A stretch of DNA of 64,000 nucleotides. Source: Balanoglossus misakiensis (lineage: Eukaryota; Animalia; Hemichordata). The notes beneath the pieces are model-generated. The model was not told the DNA's origin. It ran no database searches and saw only the letters and a program-made list of their open reading frames with translations. Each line of letters starts with the position of its first letter. Within the stretch, counting starts at the first letter, position 1. The stretch covers positions 4,386,303 through 4,450,302 of the forward strand of contig CM082582.2 in NCBI GenBank assembly GCA_040954595.2. Reading direction: 5' to 3'. The position numbers and the translations under genes were made by a program. Of the stretch, positions 59,448-64,000 are shown piece after piece.

Positions 59448-60165
59448 AAACAAGTGACCTATCGGTCAAAAGAGCTCTGCTGACTTTAACAGTGTAACCT
59501 GGGCAATGATATGAATACCCTAGGTTTTAATTCATAACAATTGTATTCTATTGAACAAAACCAAACATAGACATCACAAGTATTTATCCAAATTCACCTT
59601 GATTCATTGTGCTAAAGAAAGAAAGAATTGAATCCTAAAGAACAACATCAAAAGGAAGCACCAAGGTTCTAATTTGCATATTCATGACCCCATCAAAATT
59701 CCAATTAACAAAATCAGGTAGGGGCACCATAACACACATTCCTACCAAATGTCAGCTCCATCGTACATGTAGTTAGGGAGAAGAAGATTTTTTACCAACA
59801 ATTCTATTTTTAGATCTAATTTGCATATTTATGACCCCATCATATCCAAATTAATCAGGTAGGGGCACCATAACACACATTCCTACCAAATTTCAGCTCC
59901 ATCGTACATGTAGTTAGGGAGAAGATTTTTTACCAAAAAATCTATTTTTAGATATAATTTGCATATTTATGACCCCATCATATCCAAATCAACAAAATCA
60001 GTTAAGGGCACCATAACACATATTCCAACCAAATTTTAGCTATATATGCCAAGTTGTTTTAAAGAAGAAGACTGAAATACCAAAAGTTGACGGACGCCGG
60101 ACGGACGGACACTTATCAACCTACTGCTACAGCTCGGCTGACACAAGTGACAGCAGAGCTAAAAA
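59448..60165 (-). mobile_element. Helentron-associated non-autonomous element (HINE/DINE-like) with internal tandem repeats
   Basis: On the minus strand: TTTTT-AGCTCTGCTG subTIR with a nearby inverted copy, a (GTCC)n microsatellite, three ~120-150 bp internal repeats (~59667-60070), then a 3' subTIR CAGCAGAGCT followed by the hairpin TGACCGATAGGTCA and CTTGTTT. Confidence 0.7.
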
Positions 60166-60623
60166 ACTATCGCTTAACTTACAGAGGGCATCATCTACAT
60201 TGACAATTTCCAGACATGAAAACTTGTTTTGTAAACCAATTTCTCTAAACAGATTTGACATATCATAAGACCAGATTTTTGGTTCTGACAACAAAATTAT
60301 CCCAAAAGAATGCAACTTTCTAGTCATTCTGCTTTAAATCAGACATATATGTATGTATAACTCTATTCCTAAATTTCGGAATATTCCATTTGTATCCAAG
60401 ACTTCAATGTAATCCAGCCAATATCTCCATTCATAGCAGGTTTAGGAGTAAATCTGTGTACACCAAGTAATTGCTATATTTTGCACAGCAGATTTGTCGA
60501 CTGAGTTAAATGTAAATCATATATGGCCACCGCCAGAGCGTGAGCTAGGACACAACCCTAAGTTCCCGAATTTGATCGATTTATCGCCTAAGATTTTCGA
60601 TCGCGACTGAATGATGTGATACC

Positions 60624-60773
60624 GAATATTAACTTGTTGTTTTTGTGTGCAGAATTTCTCTGAAAAAGTGGGATCTGAATATTAAATTGTTGTTTTTGTC
60701 TGCAGAATTTCTCTGAAAAAGTGGGATCTGAATATTAAATTGTTGTTTTTGTGTGCAGAATTTCTCTGAAAAA
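60624..60773. repeat. 53-bp tandem repeat, ~2.8 copies
   Basis: Unit GAATATTAAATTGTTGTTTTTGTGTGCAGAATTTCTCTGAAAAAGTGGGATCT starts at 60624, 60677 and 60730. Confidence 0.9.
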
Positions 60774-62192
60774 TTAACAGCTATGAGGGCTTTAAAGGAA
60801 TATAAGTGACTGGGTTTTAAATCTAATCGATATGCTTCGGTTCGGATGAAAATAACAGTGTACTTTTTCGCTTGTTGAGCAAGCCTCGAGAGAAAACACA
60901 AAATACGAAGACTGGACTTACCAGATATGTGATGATGTAGGAGAAACCTCTTTGTTGTCGATATGTAATCGAAGTGAGACAACTGTCGCTTGGCGTGAAC
61001 TTATATTTTCGCAGCGATGAGCATATGCAGTGGGCGATTCCCTATTGACGTCGTAAAATCCATTCTTGAAAATTCATGGTTGAATGATTAGATTTAACAG
61101 TTCTGAAGGCGTTACCGAGATGCATGTAAGACAAGTACGTCAGGCTAGAACAAAAGTCTCTCTGCGCAGCTGATAATTGTCATCATCACGGTAAGGATAT
61201 GTCTTGCGATCAGACGGATCATTCATCTTACAGGCCTTGAAAGTTAAGAACCGTTAACATGACATTAGAGAATTAAAACACAGTGTTAACACTTCAGGAC
61301 GAACTTATACATTTGTCACGTTTGCATAAGCTCTGGATTCATTTGATTTTTCACCGCCTGGTCGATTCAAAGACGCAGATGTCAACAGCACGCAGCGCCG
61401 ACTGTGTGTTAAAGGGCCACTTGTCAATTGTCTGGTAGACTAACAAGGCTGGGCTTCGTTCATTAAGTGTGAGATTGCACTACTTGTGTGAATGTCAGAC
61501 GCAATGGAAAACGGGACTCTTGACACCTGCTGCCGATTTTCCTACTTGTGTATCACGTGCGTGTATGGCGTTTTTGACACGTGACTTCGCCGTTTAGCAG
61601 GTGTTATTGTAAGAGAACAGTGACAATGGCAATGTACAGACATATAGGTTTGACAACATAAAAAAATCACGTTAAACAGGCTCCTATCACACAGGAGTGC
61701 GTTACAGACGGAATGATAAAATTACATTCGTAAAACATTCTCCCTACTCTCGGTACTCGAAATCTGCGGTCAGATGTTTCTGAACAAATGGATTTAAGGG
61801 GATACACTGCATCGATTTCCACAAAAGTTGGCGTTTGCCGTCAGAGGAAGCCGCCAACGGTTCATCTTTACCGATCTACCGGCATGACGATATCAACGCC
61901 GACAAATCTAGTACGGTGGGAATCGACACCTCCCTGAGTTGTTAAAAGTTTTAATAGGCATGATCTGAAGAAGTTGTGCGGATCCTCAAAGGTTTTACTA
62001 CAGAAATTCACAAGTGAGTTGACACTAGTGTTTTCAGAATAAAAAAATAAAATGTAGCTTTTCTTCCGAAAAGCAAAACACCTACGAGTTTTGTCTGTGA
62101 GTATGTTTTCCCTCGCGCGGTGAGTCGCTCATGCGTAGATATTATGCTGTATGCTTAAAGGGACAAAGTCTCTCCCTCACTGCCCTTTTTCT

Positions 62193-62471
62193 ATAAATTA
62201 TGTTTGATACAAGACACCATTTATGTTATTCTACATGTGGATATATAGTGAATCAGCCTTTGGCCACACACAACTTCCATCCCGTTTGTAGGATATGACA
62301 GTAAAAATCTCGCCAAAATGAATAAACGGTAGAGACCAATTATTCATTTTGGTGAGTTTTTCACTCTCGTGTCTACAAGTGGGATGGAAGTTGTGTGTGG
62401 TTGAATGTTGATTCACTATATATCCACATATAGAATAACATTAACAGTGTCTTGTATCAAACATAAATAAT
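62193..62471. mobile_element. Inverted-repeat element remnant (~60-bp arms)
   Basis: TATGTTTGATACAAGACAC...GTGGATATATAGTGAATCA pairs with TGATTCACTATATATCCAC...GTGTCTTGTATCAAACATA. The TTAAAGGGACAAAGTC terminus at 62155 is also seen at 25928. Confidence 0.6.
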
Positions 62472-62899
62472 GAAAAAAATACTTGATCTGTACCGCAGTC
62501 TTTTCAGCCTGCCCTGTCACCTTACTGTTTTTCCTGACCAGTACTTTCTGTAATAGCTTTTTTCTTTGTCAGTCTCACATATTGTATAATATTTACTTAC
62601 CCGATACTTTGGTGCCACAAACTCGACTAGTTCTTAGGAACTACCTTTGTGGCCCCTGCCAGAAATTGTCTTTATTTTCTATTGTATTCCCCCCGCTGCA
62701 AAGAGTCCATGTAATATTCACAATTCTTTCGCGCACGTCATGTTTGTAGTGAACAGAATTATCGTGATGGGCATATAGATGCCATGAGAACTTGGTTTGT
62801 TGCAACATTGCATTTTTCGGCAATTTTATCTATTTGGTCAAAAATCTGACGACAAGACAGGGACTTATTCAGGGAGAATAGAGAAATACAAATAAAGAA

Positions 62900-63211
62900 A
62901 GTGGTGGAGAAGATCTTGATGCAGTAATTTGTACTCACACTCAATGGTGATCAGCGCTTCACCGCAGAAATCGAGCGCGCGGTCGAATCTCTGCGACAAG
63001 TTTAAGGTGAGGAACTCGCCAAACATTTGATTGTCTTATTCACTAGAGCAGACCTCCTGGAAGATGACGAGAAGATGCTGGGAGAAGACGACGACTGCCC
63101 ACGTTACTTAAGAGACTTACTCACCGCATGTGACAATCGTTACATGCGTTTTGATAACAAATTAACAGATGAGAATAGAAAGTTAAGTCAGCAGATAAAC
63201 CTAGTCTGTAT
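62900..63211 (+). pseudogene. Decayed GIMAP (AIG1) GTPase domain, C-terminal half
   Basis: DLDAV / frameshift / VLTLNGDQRFTAEIERAVESLRQV*GEELAKHLIVLFTRADLLEDD...LRDLLTACDNRYMRFDNK; in-frame TAA at ~63003 and a further frameshift near 63210. Confidence 0.8.
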
Positions 63212-63537
63212 ATGATTAAGCAGGTGAAGGAGAAAGACACAAAAGGAAGCAAATATGATGGGTCGAGTAAGGGAACGTTTAAGACGGGTGATGAGTCTTT
63301 TCCGAGTGAAGGAAATACAGGATGTGGATGGCCTATGGCTACTCATACTGGAACAAGTGATTCGTAAGTTTGAATTCGATTTAATACGAGTACTTCTTTA
63401 TCATAAAATATAAAAAAAAATATGAAAAAAAGCAGCATTGCATTGTGTCATTAAACTTACTATTAAGTTGTTAGTGGTCTTTAGGAGTAATAGAATTATA
63501 TCTTTAAGACACTTTGTTTCCCTCTTTCTACAGGGCC

Positions 63538-64000
63538 ATGGCTAAAAGTCTGACGCTTGCTATAGTCGGTCCAGCAGGCAGCGGCAAGAGTGCCACATGC
63601 AACACTATACTGGAAAGAAAAGCGTTTACCAGTCGACGTTCAATGGCTTCAACTACCAAACAGACTGTGTCAGCAGAATGCATCAAAGGGAGACGCATCA
63701 CCGTAATTGACACACCGCCACTTCCAGACAGTCGTGGAGAGGTAACTTGCGAGACGCTGTCCAGAGAAATGAAACGTTGCATGGACATTGCAACAGAGGG
63801 AGACCGTAAAGGTCTTGACGCCATCATACTCACATTAAATGCAAATGATCGTTTTACGCAGGAAAGTATTAATGGTATTGAATTTGTTCGCAATTTGTTT
63901 GGGCAGAAGTTTGTCAATTTCTTGATTATAGTTTTTACAAGGAAAGATCAGTTTGATTCAGAGGATGTAAACCTTAGTCAGTCCTTGTACAGCGACGAAA
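63538..64000 (+). CDS. GIMAP/AIG1-family GTPase domain (partial, runs off the window end)
   Basis: Open frame MAKSLTLAIVGPAGSGKSATCNTIL (G1)...RRITVIDTPP (G3)...DRFTQE...IIVFTRKD (G4), preceded by a splice acceptor at 63533. It is absent from the ORF track because there is no stop codon in the window. Confidence 0.9.
   Translation, partial: MAKSLTLAIVGPAGSGKSATCNTILERKAFTSRRSMASTTKQTVSAECIKGRRITVIDTPPLPDSRGEVTCETLSREMKRCMDIATEGDRKGLDAIILTLNANDRFTQESINGIEFVRNLFGQKFVNFLIIVFTRKDQFDSEDVNLSQSLYSDE

Noticed and set aside
59667-60773. Repeat arrays as a possible CRISPR-like locus
   Set aside because: Units are contiguous tandem copies without unique spacers, there are no cas genes, and the context is eukaryotic.
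61780-62013. Possible N-terminal exon of the decayed GIMAP domain (RFIFTDLP, donor near 62014)
   Set aside because: Only a weak G3-like resemblance, with stops and no G1 motif.

Overview
Intron-rich, AT-rich animal genomic DNA. The gene and repeat content suggests a marine invertebrate, possibly a hemichordate-like deuterostome (inference). In order: (1) the 5' part of mitochondrial D-lactate dehydrogenase (LDHD, minus strand, runs off the window start); (2) a head-to-head pair of single-coding-exon TRIM-like genes in which a DZIP3-type HEPN domain with an intact Rx4H RNase motif takes the place of the RING domain. One ends in predicted transmembrane helices, the other in NHL repeats, and an inverted orphan copy of the first gene's 3' end lies between them; (3) a type II membrane O-fucosyltransferase-like (GT-B) gene; (4) a secreted, extremely acidic, SxE-rich repeat protein; (5) a complete CPSF1 gene of about 39 coding exons with many intronic MITEs; (6) a decayed mobile element with a PIF1 helicase fragment; (7) a divergent non-alpha nicotinic-receptor-like Cys-loop subunit with two foldback elements inserted 3 bp apart in its last intron; (8) a somatomedin-B/Methuselah-like family B GPCR; (9) a Helentron-type non-autonomous element; (10) a tandem-domain GIMAP locus that runs off the window end. 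The most interesting candidate system is the HEPN-TRIM pair with its possibly swappable C-terminal tail. All calls come from manual translation and motif recognition; no database searches were run.
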